64,000 bases of DNA from a virus. Taxonomy: Duplodnaviria; Caudoviricetes. The notes below the pieces were generated by a model, which saw only the letters and a program-made list of their open reading frames with translations, made no database searches and was not told where the DNA came from. This document shows, piece by piece, positions 19,701 to 30,844 of the stretch. How positions within the stretch are numbered: the stretch's first letter is position 1; every line of letters begins with the position of its first letter. The stretch covers positions 1-64,000 of the IMG/VR virus record IMGVR_UViG_2524614764_000005. One strand, 5' to 3'. The position numbers and the translations under genes were made by a program.

Positions 19701-22075
19701 TTGGTAGACTCTGAGGCTTTATCAGCAGAGTCAGACATTGTTTCATAAGATGTGCCAACTTCGGTTAAGGAGGAGTTTACCAACTCAGACATCTTATCCA
19801 AATCTTCAAGCTGACTTGTGATATCTGACATTTCACCATATTGTTTATCCATCTCTAACAGTTCTGTAGGGTTTCTAGCTCCGCCGTCATCAATCTTCTT
19901 CTTTAAAGAAGCTAAATTAGATTGGGCATCTGCTACAGTTTGAATTGTTTTTACTTCTAAACCATAGTTTTTAATCTTTTTAGCAGTTGCATTAGCTTGA
20001 TTAAGCAGATCTTGTTTAACCGATTGTTGCATGTCGTTGTATGCTTTAAGCTTAACGTTTCTTAATTTTACAACTGCATCACGATTTATTTTCACTACAC
20101 CATTTTCAACGGAGATGGCTTCTGATAAACCTTTTTCTTTTTGGATAAGCTTCATTGCTTCTGAAGCTGAAATAGATTTGCCCTCAGCCATTTTCTCTAA
20201 CAGATCATTGAGAGGAGACATCTGGTCAGCTAAGTCATCATATACTTCACCTTGCAAAGCTTCCATTGCTGCTGTTGTTTGACCAGACTTCACCAATTGG
20301 TTCAATACATCTACAGTAGCTTCAATGTCGCCTTTAACTTCTTTGAGTTTATCAGACAGATTTCCAACTGATTCGCCTAACTCATCTACACCTTCACCAT
20401 TTTCATTCCAAGTTACTTTTGCTGAATCACCAGCATTTTTAGCCTGATCTAATGAATCTTTAAGGGAAGAGTAGGAGAGGTTCAAGTCGTCAACTTTTAC
20501 TTTCCCACCTGAAAACTCAGTGATAAGTGATTTTAGCGATGCTGTTTGCTTATCAAATTCTGAACCATTGCCATTGTTTAGAGACTTTTGAAGTGAATCC
20601 ATAATGACGGCAACTTGTTGTGAAAAGCTCTTGAGTTCATCAGGACTCAACTTGCTGAAGTCCATTGTATTCAAGATGTCAGTTATGGACTTTTTAATAT
20701 TAGGGTTAATATCAATCGAATTAAACGCACTGATTACATCTAAAACCGAAGCTTGAATTTCCGCATTTGCACTAACAATGGATTTTTTTAAGCGTAATGC
20801 TTCACCCTCGTATTTATAACCTTCTTTTACATAATCGCCATCGTCAGCAAAAGGGTTTTCAAAGATTCTTGTAATCCAACTTGAACCTTCTTTGTAGTTA
20901 TCAGCTAAGGCTTTATTTGCTTCCATTTCTTTGTTCAAATCTTTTAGCTTCTTAATTTGATCTTCAAAGTTGGAAGCTGCATTATCTTTTAAATCACGTT
21001 TATTGAAATTTGCCATCTCTTCAGTATATTTGATTGCCTCTTTTAAGGCTTCGTTGTTCTTAATGATGGCATTACCTTGAGCATCATACCCTTCAACTAG
21101 GTTAGGGAATGTTGCTGCTAACTGCTGTGAAACTGATAAGTATTCTTGTTCTTTTTCAGGCGTTAGTTGGTTCTCGTCTTTAGCTTTACGAAGCTCTTTA
21201 TATTTGTCTATTAAACCTTGAGTAGCTTCTTTATTTATAGTCCAGGCTTCTACGGAAGTTTTTTGTGCTGTTTCAAATTCCTCTTGAGCTTTTTTGGCAT
21301 CAGCATAAGTACTTACAAGCTTTTCAATCACAAATCCAAGAGCGGCAAAAGCTGCAATTGGAAGGGCGGTGCCAGCTAAAAACAATCCTGCTGATCTAGC
21401 GGCTTTACCAAGCGTAGCAAAAGAGAGAGAAAGTACTCTATTTGCAGTTGTTGCTAATCCCGCACCTGCTGAATATGTTTGCAATGTAAGAGGGAGGTTC
21501 TTGAGGAGGTTCCATATTTGAGAACCACTCTGCATAGCCGTTGTTCTTAAAGCATTAGAAAACAGTATAGTGGCCGCTGTAGCTGTTGCAAAAGCAGGAG
21601 CAAGGAAGCCGATATTTTTAACTAAGCCAGTGGTCAATCCCATGAAATTTCCTAGAGCTTCTGTAGAAGCGATAAGACCATCTGAAATGAAGGCATCACT
21701 GGCGGCAACAGCGAATTCAGTAACCGTATTTTGAAGGCGGTTTATCCGTGCCTGTAAACTGTCTGCATACTTTTCTTGCTCTTTCCATGCAGAGCCCATA
21801 GAGTTTGCAGCTGTATTGGCCGCATCTTGATAAATAGAGTAGTTATTTAAGAGGGCGTTAAATCTGGATAGTTGATAAATACCAGCTACACCAATGGAAG
21901 TGTTTTGCTTTTGAGCATCTGATAAGCTATCCCATTTTTCTGCCACTTCTCCAATTAGCTCGCTGGATGACTTAGCTTCACCAGCTGCAGTTTGTACTGA
22001 TATACCAATTTGGTCTAGTGCTTTAATAGCGCTCCTGTTATTGCCTATTCTTGCAAATATGGTTTTTAACGAGTT
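16790..22075 (-). CDS. cwlP: Tape measure protein / CwlP, exon 2 (SLT lytic transglycosylase + M23 peptidase)
   Basis: [20 protein letters not shown] (SLT), HKGLD..HLH (M23); frame extends upstream to 22075 ([11 protein letters not shown]). Confidence 0.88.
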   Translation of the reverse strand, partial: NSLKTIFARIGNNRSAIKALDQIGISVQTAAGEAKSSSELIGEVAEKWDSLSDAQKQNTSIGVAGIYQLSRFNALLNNYSIYQDAANTAANSMGSAWKEQEKYADSLQARINRLQNTVTEFAVAASDAFISDGLIASTEALGNFMGLTTGLVKNIGFLAPAFATATAATILFSNALRTTAMQSGSQIWNLLKNLPLTLQTYSAGAGLATTANRVLSLSFATLGKAARSAGLFLAGTALPIAAFAALGFVIEKLVSTYADAKKAQEEFETAQKTSVEAWTINKEATQGLIDKYKELRKAKDENQLTPEKEQEYLSVSQQLAATFPNLVEGYDAQGNAIIKNNEALKEAIKYTEEMANFNKRDLKDNAASNFEDQIKKLKDLNKEMEANKALADNYKEGSSWITRIFENPFADDGDYVKEGYKYEGEALRLKKSIVSANAEIQASVLDVISAFNSIDINPNIKKSITDILNTMDFSKLSPDELKSFSQQVAVIMDSLQKSLNNGNGSEFDKQTASLKSLITEFSGGKVKVDDLNLSYSSLKDSLDQAKNAGDSAKVTWNENGEGVDELGESVGNLSDKLKEVKGDIEATVDVLNQLVKSGQTTAAMEALQGEVYDDLADQMSPLNDLLEKMAEGKSISASEAMKLIQKEKGLSEAISVENGVVKINRDAVVKLRNVKLKAYNDMQQSVKQDLLNQANATAKKIKNYGLEVKTIQTVADAQSNLASLKKKIDDGGARNPTELLEMDKQYGEMSDITSQLEDLDKMSELVNSSLTEVGTSYETMSDSADKASESTKNSIYVADKYKEALERVNKQIEEQNRKTNDYPKWSQKYRDSIKKEIKALERKEKLLKSQIKLLKEQIKSGYIAQTGIVDSSSSYSPSSSSYSASGGTYSGKYSNIINQAASKYNVPAALIAAVIKQESNFNPNARSSVGATGLMQLMPATARGLGVKNSRDPYQNVMGGTKYLKQMLDKFGSIEKALAAYNAGPGNVTKYGGIPPFKETQNYVKKVNNYFKQMGGSLSSSGGSAAGYYDSMRRTSHFGQQEKGLRSAPHKGLDLAAKSGTPIKSLKSGKVLTAAYSKSAGYWVVVQQDDGTVAKYMHMQKGLNVKAGQKVQAGQTLGKMGSTGRSTGTHLHMQIEKNGKAIDPEAYMQQIGSDLSSSEAERQQAISQAKSDLLGLEGDLSSVKDQIQDLQYEIVQSKLDEFEKRKSDLELKVAQNQSKASRYLNDSAQFRKYTNEQRKAVEAQQTIQTQKVSWINKELKQNKQLNAAQRDQLREELKQAKLDLISIKDQVYELQATIVQSKTDQILNNIDKSVKKTESKLKNVDIKIQTTEEDKDKVKYYSQQIKLIQQQQKEAAKYIKDLEKQKKAAKGFPEIQKQISDEISSWKDKQKDFNLELYQTKKSIKDIYKSLADEVVSIYKEMYEKMRDIELEAHRKATQDIIDGIDKEDDEAKFQKDLKDRQESIQKLLDQINQYALDDSEFGKSKVKELTEQMQKEQLDLDQFLKDRENSKRKEALQDQLEKDEKSINTKYDDLVNDERGFKDLEGKLMNGKISDINKQLSEFTKFINSNMESIGKSISNNLIDKLKEASNALGVVVKGNTTGKKVAAFDTGGYTGTGLGSGKLAVLHDKELVLNKTDTENMLKAVETVRDISQNDVPFTPKWGSGQKLSSALTSVPTEAVKLAGANIVKSAASAISIIPSAITKLTKAPQSTVMSTVSNDQGDVYNLTLQIDKMVGDENGANSVMENIRRGLKQMKGKV

Positions 22076-22299
22076 CGATTCTGTTACTTCACCTTAAAGG
22101 TTACTGACCATTAAAAAATGGCGGTGTGGCACTTCAACCACACTCTCTATGTTTCCATAGAAGTTCAGACTGTCGCTTCACAAATAGTGTCTCTTCGCTC
22201 AGTCGTTCAGGCTGCAATTACGCTTGCCCCTTGTTGTCCTCGTCTATACGTTAGGAGTTCCAAGTCAATCAGAAGAGATTTAAAGTCAGCAATTCGTTT
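22076..22299 (-). ncRNA. Group I intron (224 nt, no ORF) in the tape measure gene
   Basis: Exon ends in U (GTCGGU), intron ends in G; P1 (AGUCGGU/GCUGACU), P3 (UCUCUUC/GAAGAGA), P7 (GACUG/CAGUC); removal restores the in-frame RESGNIVG|NSLKTIFAR. Confidence 0.88.
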
Positions 22300-23838
22300 A
22301 CCGACTATATTTCCACTTTCACGTGTTGTGCTTCCAATGGCTGCTGTATAGCCGATTAAGTCATTCAATTCAACACCGAAGGTGGAAGCGGTACTTCCAG
22401 CTTTTCTTATCGAATTAGCCATGTCGAGTGTGCTTATACTAAAATTATTGTCAACTTCATTCAACTTATCAGCAATTTGGATAGAGTCTTTTGCGGAAAT
22501 ATTGAAGTTGAGCATAGCAGCAGTAAGTGAATTAACTGTATCAGTTGCAGTTAAATCAGAAATATTCTGCAATACTTGTGCAGTTTTGGTTAAATCAGAT
22601 AACTCGTCTGCCTGAAAACCCATTCGACCAAAACTTCCCGTAATCTCAAGAACGTCTGATACTTTGTTTGATAATTCATTACTTAAATCTAATGAAGTTT
22701 GAAGAAGTTCATTAAATTTGTAATCTGGCAAATCCATGACTCTTCGGATATTTGTCATTAGAGTGTCGATTTCAACAGCTTGCTGAGTTATATTTTTTAG
22801 AGCTGTAATAGCTCCATAAAATATAGAACCTGACAGCAAATATGCTGGAATACGACTAAAAGCATCGCCTAATTGTTGACCAAATGATGTTGCTCTTTGA
22901 GTTGAGTTTTGAATAGAGGCTGAAAGCTCTCTAAACTGCATATTGAGGTCTTTAATCTTTGAAGATAATGCAGGGGTTTTAGAGGTAAGTTGAGTAACAG
23001 CAAGAAGGTACTCTTGAATCTGAGTTTTGCTACTGTTGCTAAGGTTATTTCCGTACTTGCTCGTTAAGTTGTTCGCATTAAGCTGTGCTTGTCTTTGATA
23101 TAGTGCAATTGTTTGTTTTAACTCATTGTTTTTTGCTACAGCAGACGACTTGTCATCCAATGTGCGAATTTTTTGTTTGAGAGAGTCAATTTGAGCTGAG
23201 GATTGAGCAAGGTTGATTTTACGGCCGAGAGAGGAGAGGATAGTATCAGATAGAATACCTTGCTCACGAAGTCTCTGAAGAGAGGCGTTTAACGCATCAA
23301 TATCTTTTCTTTTTTTATCGAAGTTAGTGGAAACAGTAGAGTTTTTCACGTTTCCTTTTTCATCAAGATTATACGTATAATCTTTGTAACCATCACGATT
23401 TTTCTGAGTAGAACCTGTAACTTTACCTTGAGCATTCAATCTCTCAGTATTCTTAACAACTTGTCCAAGGTTTTGTTGAGCACTTGCTAATTTATTGGTT
23501 TCTGTTGTTTGCTCTTTGATTTTTTGTGTTGTTCTTTGAATAATTTCGCCACTGCGCTTATGCTCTTGAGTTACCTTAGTAACATTACCATTAAGATGTT
23601 GAGTAATCTTAGTGGTTTCTTTTACAGTGTCGTTGTAATTTTTTAAATTGGACTGATATTTGTTCATTGCCGCAGTGAACTCTTTTAAAGCCTTTAACGT
23701 ATTGTTATCAATGTTCGTTTTTAATTCAAGGGCATTAAGCTTGGATTGCATTTGTCTGATTTGCTTGTTTAGGTTTTCAGTTGTTTGCGAAGACGTGTCT
23801 GCTACAGGAGTAACAAATATTTTTAGTTGTTCGCTCAA
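22300..23838 (-). CDS. cwlP: Tape measure protein / CwlP, exon 1 (513 codons)
   Basis: TP901-type TMP core; spliced product 2274 aa. Confidence 0.88.
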
Positions 23839-23926
23839 TTAATTGCTCACATCCTTTCTAAGCTACCGAGAATAGAAGAAGGGAATCAAAAAGGACTCCA
23901 TAATTTAAAGGAGTCCTTTCTAAGAT

Positions 23927-24139
23927 TTATACTTCTTCTGCTTCGTTCACTTCATAGTTCAACTCATATGCTTCGAGTTTTAGAGTTTCTCCATGTCTGT
24001 TTATCAAAACAATCTCAAGTATATCGTTGAATTTTGCTAAGAGATGATCAATAGATAAATCAGCTGTCTGATGTGATGAAGAAGTTTGATCAACCATTGC
24101 AACTACATCTAATATGACTGAATTAACATATTTGCTCAT
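23927..24139 (-). CDS. Hypothetical protein, paralogue of 24821-25056
   Basis: 4-nt overlap with the BRO gene; shared ILDV...VD pattern. Confidence 0.6.
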   Translation of the reverse strand: MSKYVNSVILDVVAMVDQTSSSHQTADLSIDHLLAKFNDILEIVLINRHGETLKLEAYELNYEVNEAEEV

Positions 24140-24834
24140 TTCGCTTGAGCCAACTTTCCTCTAGTCTTGTTATGTTTTATTGACTTAATGTCAAGAGCAA
24201 TAATTTTTAATAATTCAGATACAACTGATACAAAGGCAAAATTGAGAGATTGCTTATATTTTAATTCCCGCTCTTGAAGTACATTTTCAATCTTTTTCAT
24301 CATTTCAATCCGAGAATCTGACAGTGATTTTTTCTTATCATTTCTTCGATGTTTTGAACTTCTTTTATAATCTAATCGGATTCTATTTTCTTTGTAATAA
24401 TCAACGCATTCCTTATAAAGTTCATGTAGACTTTCTATACCGCAGTTATGGAAAGTCTCTTCTAATAGATCATAGTTGAATAGTTTCTGATCTCTTGTAG
24501 CATCTTCTGAGATATACATTCCGTTTTTACGAATTGCAGGCAATACATCATGTGTGATCCAACGTTTGAATTGTTTTGCTTCAGGTTTGCGACTGCTTAG
24601 GATTAATGTATAGAGACCTGATTCATTAATGATAGCAAATTCCCTTTTTTGTCTGCCGTCATTTAAAACGACGCCAGCTTTTTCATCGTCATCAAGACGA
24701 CTTACAGCGTGACGGTTATTATTAATTTCTAATATGTCACATACATCCTTAGCGACAAACCAAATTTCCTCATCTCTCATAAACGTTCTTACATTATTCC
24801 CTTTATAATCGAAAGCTTTTTCAAATTGATTCAT
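24136..24834 (-). CDS. BRO-N domain antirepressor-like protein
   Basis: WFVAKDVCDIL..INESGLYTLILSSRKPEAKQFKRWIT..VLPAIRKNGMY. Confidence 0.9.
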   Translation of the reverse strand: MNQFEKAFDYKGNNVRTFMRDEEIWFVAKDVCDILEINNNRHAVSRLDDDEKAGVVLNDGRQKREFAIINESGLYTLILSSRKPEAKQFKRWITHDVLPAIRKNGMYISEDATRDQKLFNYDLLEETFHNCGIESLHELYKECVDYYKENRIRLDYKRSSKHRRNDKKKSLSDSRIEMMKKIENVLQERELKYKQSLNFAFVSVVSELLKIIALDIKSIKHNKTRGKLAQAK

Positions 24835-25057
24835 TCTTTATTCCCCCATTAAAATTATTCCAAGAAATACTCACATTATGTACCTTAACAGTTCCTAATT
24901 TTTTACCGTTCTTGTGCACAAGCATCAATTCATCTAGGTGAACTCTTTCTTCTGAAATAGAGTAATAAGACTCCAATATGGCCAATTCCTCTTTATTAGA
25001 ATCAACACTTTTTGAAACGTCTAACAATATAGTCCCAGTAACATTGTTAACTGACAT
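24821..25057 (-). CDS. Hypothetical protein (probable start MSVNN)
   Basis: AGGAGG RBS before internal ATG. Confidence 0.6.
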   Translation of the reverse strand: MSVNNVTGTILLDVSKSVDSNKEELAILESYYSISEERVHLDELMLVHKNGKKLGTVKVHNVSISWNNFNGGIKNESI

Positions 25058-25307
25058 TTCTGTTCCTCCTAACAGTGATTCTTTTTGTTTTAGCTGGAGA
25101 TTAAATATCTCTTGGATACTCAACCCAAAGACGTTTCATATAATCCTCCTTCATTTAAATGTTTGTGAACAATATTTCGCTTTCGTGAATTAATGATAAG
25201 CTATCACGAATAAGTAGTCAATACACATTTTTGAATTTATTTATAAGTTTGTTTATATTCAAACTTACATATGTTATTATTAATTCAAGAAAGCGAAATA
25301 GAGAGGT

Positions 25308-25529
25308 ATGCGAATGAAATCTAAAGTGAGTTACAAACCCCTGAAAATTACACTCGTACTAAAAGATAAAACTACTGCTGATTTGAAAACTGATTTAGGG
25401 ATTGCTCCAGCAACAGTTGCAAAATTAAATAAGAATGAGTATGTTGCATTAACAGTAATTCATAAAATTTGCGATTATCTGGATTGTACTATTCAGGAGG
25501 TTGTTGAGTTTGTAAGGGAAGAGTCTTAA
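25308..25529 (+). CDS. XRE/Cro-like HTH regulator
   Basis: HTH_26-like (SYKPL...ICDYLDCTIQEVVE); divergent from the BRO operon. Confidence 0.85.
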   Translation: MRMKSKVSYKPLKITLVLKDKTTADLKTDLGIAPATVAKLNKNEYVALTVIHKICDYLDCTIQEVVEFVREES

Positions 25530-25577
25530 GCAAAAGTATTGCAAGTGATGTTATAATTAGAGGAGAGGTGATACAAA

Positions 25578-25826
25578 ATGGAAAACAAAATGTTGCAAGC
25601 CATCCATGAACTTTCAAATGAGTTGAAGACAATTAAATCTGAAATTGTGGATTTTAGAGAAGATACAAAAAAAGAATTTAATCAAATCAACGTTAAACTA
25701 GACAGGTTGGAAGAGAACCAACCGAAAGATATCACTGCACATTTAAAACAGATTCAAAATGTAGACAACAAAACAGTCCTGCTAAATAAAAGGCTATTCG
25801 AAGTAGAAAGCCGCTTAAAAAATTAA
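25578..25826 (+). CDS. Hypothetical coiled-coil protein
   Basis: Own promoter TTGCAA/TGnTATAAT-like and AGGAGAGG RBS. Confidence 0.7.
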   Translation: MENKMLQAIHELSNELKTIKSEIVDFREDTKKEFNQINVKLDRLEENQPKDITAHLKQIQNVDNKTVLLNKRLFEVESRLKN

Positions 25827-25836
25827 GTCGCCCAAA

Positions 25837-26463
25837 TCATTGAGCGACTTTACTTGCTTTTCTTATAGCAACCTCAAGTATCCCTTGCCATTTTTCTGCA
25901 TTTTGTAGGGCGAGTTTAACTTTTGGATCTTCAGCTTTGAGACCATTGACTAGATCAAATCCAATTTCATTTTTTGTTGGCATAAAAGGGAATTTTACTA
26001 TAGGGTTTTTAAAGTCTTCGACTGTTAATTTTAAGTCAATACTTTTAAAAGTCTTTGTTTGAGTAGTACTAGAAGATAGGCCACCAATGAGAGCACCTAC
26101 ACCACCACCAACAAGTCCACCAACTAATGCCCCTGAAACCTGACCGCCCCTAGAAACCTTGGTCACAGCATTATCATCAAAGAATATTTCAGATTTAATA
26201 ATTTTCTCAAATGAAACTTGCTGTTCTTCTATTCGATTTCCATCAAACATTTCATAAATAACAAATTGACTATTTGCTTCATCAAGGACAATTTTCCTTC
26301 TGAAATCTTGATCTATACATGACACATCAGATTTAATGCCATGGCTTAGAAATTTTTTTCTTACGTTATCTTCTTTAATTTTTTCTTTATCAGCAAAAAT
26401 GTCAAGTTTGATTAAAAACCAACTGACAATGAGTAAAACTAAAATAGTTATCCACCAACCCAC
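25837..26463 (-). CDS. Membrane-anchored hypothetical protein (glycine zipper)
   Basis: N-terminal TM, GALVGGLVGGGVGALIGG. Confidence 0.7.
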   Translation of the reverse strand: MGWWITILVLLIVSWFLIKLDIFADKEKIKEDNVRKKFLSHGIKSDVSCIDQDFRRKIVLDEANSQFVIYEMFDGNRIEEQQVSFEKIIKSEIFFDDNAVTKVSRGGQVSGALVGGLVGGGVGALIGGLSSSTTQTKTFKSIDLKLTVEDFKNPIVKFPFMPTKNEIGFDLVNGLKAEDPKVKLALQNAEKWQGILEVAIRKASKVAQ

Positions 26464-26709
26464 TCATTCCCACCACCAGTATATTTTTCCTATAGTATAC
26501 CATGATAACCCAATCTAGAGGAATAGGGCAGGGGATATTCATTCTTAATCGTGAAGCTGGTATCATTTAATATGATAGTGGATTTATATACGTCGCTAAG
26601 TTCAACTTAGGCAGCTGAATACCCTCATTTAAAATGATATTATTCTTCAACATACCGCAATAATCTACGATCAGTAAACTCAATAAGAATAAAAAGGGCA
26701 GGGGAGAAG

Positions 26710-27234
26710 CTAATCAATTTCAATATCGTTCTTTTTCTCATTTCTTGCAATAATAAGCAAGTCTTTAAAATAATTAACTGTTGCTTTGCTGAAACTGTCC
26801 ATTATCACTGCCCTTGAAAACATTAGACTAATAATAAGGGGAACTATGTATATCATTGCAATAGTTGTGGCAATATCTAAATTGGTTACTTTAGGGGAGA
26901 ATTCTATGTTCCTGAGAATGGTACCAATTGCAGCGGCGATTATTGTTGACATTGCTCCAATAAAGAAGAAAAATCTTTTTTGGTCATTAACATGATTAAT
27001 CCTATCCATTCTAGCAATAGCGTGTGATATATCTTCCGTATCTAATGATTTTAGAATCAACATCTTCTTTTCATGTTCGGGATATTCTTGACCATCTTTA
27101 GGGAAGTTCTCTATTAAGTAAACAATTAGCCCTCGTGAACTCAACTCTACCAAATTACGCTTTAAATTTTGCTTAGTAAACTGCTGCTTTCTAAATTCCT
27201 TAATTTCTCTATTTTCCTTCAGTGTGCTTCTCAC
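26710..27234 (-). CDS. Two-TM hypothetical protein
   Basis: Two hydrophobic segments; GAGGTG RBS. Confidence 0.7.
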   Translation of the reverse strand: MRSTLKENREIKEFRKQQFTKQNLKRNLVELSSRGLIVYLIENFPKDGQEYPEHEKKMLILKSLDTEDISHAIARMDRINHVNDQKRFFFFIGAMSTIIAAAIGTILRNIEFSPKVTNLDIATTIAMIYIVPLIISLMFSRAVIMDSFSKATVNYFKDLLIIARNEKKNDIEID

Positions 27235-27285
27235 TTATAGTCACCTCATGGGTAATATCGGAAGAAGAGAAAATATTTCAAGCAG

Positions 27286-27444
27286 TTATTCTAGAGCATC
27301 TTTAAACCGTTCAACATATTCTTTTTTCTGTTTTTCTATTGTGTCTTCATCTTGAAATGCTGAAAATCCTTCCAATGTGCTTTCTGCACTATACCAGTCC
27401 TCCAAAAGTTCATTAAATATTTCCAGTAATTTCTCTTTTTTCAT
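27286..27444 (-). CDS. Small acidic hypothetical protein (probable start MKKEK)
   Basis: GGAGTG RBS before internal ATG. Confidence 0.55.
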   Translation of the reverse strand: MKKEKLLEIFNELLEDWYSAESTLEGFSAFQDEDTIEKQKKEYVERFKDALE

Positions 27445-27503
27445 ATTTATCACTCCGTAATTTTGGTATATTAAAAACATACTTAAATTTAGGGGGAAGA
27501 TCA

Positions 27504-28220
27504 TTGTCAATTAAAGAAGCATTATTTTTAACTGAAGAAGCAGAAAAAACTCTTAAAGAAATCGAAGAAATGCAAGAGAGAGCAATGTCAGAGAATCTCG
27601 AGAGGCCTTTAGCTTTTAAAATTAAATATTTTTTAGATTCTTTGAATTCCTCGTTGGATTACGCAGCATATCATACTTTCGAAAAATACTGCCTAGAATT
27701 AGCAACGTACAAATTAAATGAAACACAGCTAAGTAAAGTCAAAAGAAAAATATATTTTCCTTCATATAAAAAAGAAGATGTTTTTATTAAACATGTGGAT
27801 CAAAGTTTTATTGGTTTGAAAGAAAATCATCAAGAAATATACGACATATTTAAAAAATCTCAAGCGTTCTCATCTGAATCAACATGGTTATCGGATTTTA
27901 AATTACTTACCAATCAAAATAAACATATAAAACTAACTAGCAGTAGAAAAATGTTCGATGGGATAATTAAGAGAGCAGACATAGGTAATGGTGTAATCCT
28001 TGAAAATAATGTATTTATTAATTCAGGACAACCAGTATCAGTAAATGGAGAACCACTTGATGTCTTTAATCCTCAATCCAACAGTTTTGTTCGTGATTTT
28101 GAAGGAGAGTTCACTTCATATTATTGCCTCAAAGGCAGTCATGTTCCTGTAGTCACAGTTTTAAATGAATACTTAACCAATATAAAGAATATTGTCATTG
28201 AAATAGACAATTATCAATAA
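27504..28220 (+). CDS. Hypothetical moron protein (possible HEPN-like)
   Basis: Counter-oriented, AT-rich, own terminator; SSLDY..IYFP..WL..NQNKH pattern. Confidence 0.6.
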   Translation: MSIKEALFLTEEAEKTLKEIEEMQERAMSENLERPLAFKIKYFLDSLNSSLDYAAYHTFEKYCLELATYKLNETQLSKVKRKIYFPSYKKEDVFIKHVDQSFIGLKENHQEIYDIFKKSQAFSSESTWLSDFKLLTNQNKHIKLTSSRKMFDGIIKRADIGNGVILENNVFINSGQPVSVNGEPLDVFNPQSNSFVRDFEGEFTSYYCLKGSHVPVVTVLNEYLTNIKNIVIEIDNYQ

Positions 28221-28414
28221 GACATAGATCAGATAAACCCTTTCCTTTTTAAATAAATGAAGGAGGGTTTATCGGATTAAAATCAACCTTAAAATTAATA
28301 AATCCTTATGTCAATGAATTCTAAGGGCGCTAGTTATCTATGAGATATTTTTTGTTTTAACCATAAGCAAAATCCCTCAAAAGAAGGATCTTGATTCTGA
28401 ATAAAAGAGGGATT

Positions 28415-29416
28415 TCAAACGAAGATTTGATTCTTTTCTTCTTCGAAGTTTCTTAAGTCGTAATGTTTGATTGTGGTTGATACATCTTTATGGTGAGCAA
28501 TGTATTTACTAACCAATTCCAACTTGATCTTTTTTACTTCGAGAAGGTAGGTAATACAAGAGGCTTTAAATAGGTGAGGATTGATTCGTCTGCCGAGAAT
28601 GTCCGAAAGTACATCTGAACAAAAGTAATCTGCCCACGACTCTGAGATTTGCTTAGGCTCACCACCATATTGACTAGTGAAGATGTACTCATGATCATAT
28701 CCACGTTTTTCATGCCATATTCTCATGTACTTAAGCGCCTCTAAATTCACCATGTATTCTAAAACTTTCCCTTCGCCTCTGCCTTTTCCGAACACTTTAT
28801 GACTCATTACATATGATTGACCTTCACTTAAAGGATAGTCTAGTAGTTCTGTTTTAAACTGGACTAACTCTGCTCTACGACCACCAACATTAAATGCAGT
28901 GGCTAGCCATGCCATACCAAGATAGTTTTCATCTTCTGCTAGAGTATCCATCATTAATTTGTAATCATCGTATGTTACTTTAACTTTTTCATAAGTCACC
29001 GTTTTGGGTATAGCAGGAAGGCCACGAGTGAAGTTACGAAAAGTCTTATAGTTCGGATCGTCTTCTGCAACTATATTTTCAAGATAGTTGTTAAGAGAAG
29101 ACACTGAGGCTTTTTTCAATGCAATGCCACTTGAAGACATTCCACGATTTTTCAAGAAGCTCTGGTATCGTATAAAATCTCTTTTAGTGATCTTGTATAG
29201 CTTCTTGCCATTTAACGATGTATGTACCCACCAGAAAAACTGACGAAGTGTGGAATGATATTGTTTTTTAGTTTTATCTCTGAATGAGTTGGCATCTAGA
29301 AACTCTGATACCAAGTCTCGATGTTCTTGATCGACCTGTGACCACATTTCATCTGTAACTTCAGGAAGCTTCTGCGCTCTTTTGCGGAGCATGTTTTGTT
29401 CGATTTCTTTGCTCAT
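28415..29416 (-). CDS. yomM: Tyrosine recombinase YomM-like
   Basis: GGRRAEL, PHLFKAS, HHKDVSTT..HY catalytic motifs; probable start MSKEI. Confidence 0.88.
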   Translation of the reverse strand: MSKEIEQNMLRKRAQKLPEVTDEMWSQVDQEHRDLVSEFLDANSFRDKTKKQYHSTLRQFFWWVHTSLNGKKLYKITKRDFIRYQSFLKNRGMSSSGIALKKASVSSLNNYLENIVAEDDPNYKTFRNFTRGLPAIPKTVTYEKVKVTYDDYKLMMDTLAEDENYLGMAWLATAFNVGGRRAELVQFKTELLDYPLSEGQSYVMSHKVFGKGRGEGKVLEYMVNLEALKYMRIWHEKRGYDHEYIFTSQYGGEPKQISESWADYFCSDVLSDILGRRINPHLFKASCITYLLEVKKIKLELVSKYIAHHKDVSTTIKHYDLRNFEEEKNQIFV

Positions 29417-29435
29417 TTTTAAATTCACCGCCAGG

Positions 29436-29858
29436 CTATTTGATTGTCTTATAACCAGCCTTGCGAACATCTTTTATAGCAGCTTCCACTAGTTCACCAC
29501 CATGTTTGAGCTTTTCGGCAGTGTTGCCCATAAAAGGACGAGGCTCGCCATATCCATAACCATATTCATCAGGGAATTGGTAGCCTTCACCAGTCTCAAC
29601 AATAGTCGCAACATCTCGTCCTTCATCTGTTCTGGTGTTATCTAATGAGATTCCGTTCGATTCATTCGCTACAACAAATGAAGCCTTTAATTCACCAGTT
29701 CGATTGTATTCCACAGGATTGTACGAGTTATAAACAACTGATTGGACTTGTTCTTGACCTGTTTTGATTAAGAACTCTTTTGTATGACTGCCAGTTTGCA
29801 AGGCTTTTAAAGCTGCTTTTTCAACCATAACGGCTAATTCTTTATGATTTTTAGCCAT
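29436..29858 (-). CDS. yomN: Neck/tail completion protein (HK97 gp10-like) YomN
   Basis: YNRTGELK..PRPFM motifs; synteny. Confidence 0.7.
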   Translation of the reverse strand: MAKNHKELAVMVEKAALKALQTGSHTKEFLIKTGQEQVQSVVYNSYNPVEYNRTGELKASFVVANESNGISLDNTRTDEGRDVATIVETGEGYQFPDEYGYGYGEPRPFMGNTAEKLKHGGELVEAAIKDVRKAGYKTIK

Positions 29859-30340
29859 TAAGATTCTTCTGTTAACTTTTGAACTTTTTTCAAGATTTCT
29901 TGATTAGCTTTGTCAACAAGTGCTTCTTGAGTTGCGATCACGCCTTCTGTCATTGTGCGTAATTTCTCATAGATGCTTTCAATGCTTTCTTCTGGAAAGG
30001 ACTCATTGATCGTTTTAAAGTATGGGGATTTAACCAATTCGCTCATTAAATTAACTTTAGAAGTAATGCCTTGAGGGATATTAGCGACATCACTGAATGT
30101 AAGGGTTGTATAGATGTTTAAAAGATCAGAGAAATTAAGTTTGTGTTTGATCTTTTTATTTGTCTCAATTTCAGTTAAATCTTCTAGAGCCATTTTGATC
30201 ATTTGAGTAATCTTAATTGGATCAAAGTTAGGGTAGATGTGAACATGGAACTTATCATCTAACTGAACTTTAACTTTCTCATCGTACTTTTTATTTCCCT
30301 CTTTAATATGATCTAGTGTTAATTTTTGTGTTGTCATCAT
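29858..30340 (-). CDS. yomO: YomO-like protein
   Basis: Synteny. Confidence 0.65.
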   Translation of the reverse strand: MMTTQKLTLDHIKEGNKKYDEKVKVQLDDKFHVHIYPNFDPIKITQMIKMALEDLTEIETNKKIKHKLNFSDLLNIYTTLTFSDVANIPQGITSKVNLMSELVKSPYFKTINESFPEESIESIYEKLRTMTEGVIATQEALVDKANQEILKKVQKLTEES

Positions 30341-30407
30341 ATCTCTCCTTATGATTAAAATAAAAACACCTCAAATAGGGGAGAGGTGTCTAGATAAAAT
30401 TCTTATT

Positions 30408-30557
30408 TTATTGTGGTGGAGTGTACTGCTCCCCAGTAATTTGCTCATATTGTTCAGGCGTAATTCGGCCAGCAGCTACCGTATTGTATACTCTTTCTTT
30501 AGACCATGAACCTTCATCATAAAAACTTTTAATCAACTCATACCAGTTAATATCCAA
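30408..30557 (-). CDS. yomP: XkdX-family small protein (49 aa)
   Basis: Read by hand: MDINWYELIKSFYDEGSWSKERV...ITPEQYEQITGEQY; missing from the ORF track. Confidence 0.85.
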   Translation of the reverse strand: MDINWYELIKSFYDEGSWSKERVYNTVAAGRITPEQYEQITGEQYTPPQ

Positions 30558-30830
30558 TTAAATTCCTCCCATCGCAATAATATAATAAAGATCAGATACC
30601 CGTTGTTTAACTATGCTTATTTCAGAAGGCTCGGGTTCGACTTTAAAAGAATCCATGTATTCTTGAGTAGCTGATTCTTTCCACGTCTTTTCATCTGGAT
30701 AGAATTTACCTAAATATAGTGATTGGGGAGGTGCGATATCTGTGCTCATTTCTGGCAAAACTTCTCCTTCAAAGTAATCAGATTGTCTTAAGTAAATAAA
30801 GTTTTCATCATAGTAAAATATTGTTTTCAT
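30558..30830 (-). CDS. yomQ: Tail fibre assembly/XkdW-like protein
   Basis: STDIAPP..F..W motif; lies between fibre and XkdX. Confidence 0.7.
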   Translation of the reverse strand: MKTIFYYDENFIYLRQSDYFEGEVLPEMSTDIAPPQSLYLGKFYPDEKTWKESATQEYMDSFKVEPEPSEISIVKQRVSDLYYIIAMGGI

Positions 30831-30844
30831 AGATGTGACCCTCT

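Noticed and set aside
16790-23838. Tape measure as two genes or a broken pseudogene
   Set aside because: The insert has group I intron hallmarks and its removal restores the frame exactly.
26520-26708. agggcagggga repeated twice around a 28-codon minus-strand ORF
   Set aside because: Only 11 bp, weak RBS; insufficient support.
28415-29416. YomM as the prophage integrase marking an att boundary
   Set aside because: It lies inside the tail gene cluster with phage genes on both sides; no att site seen.
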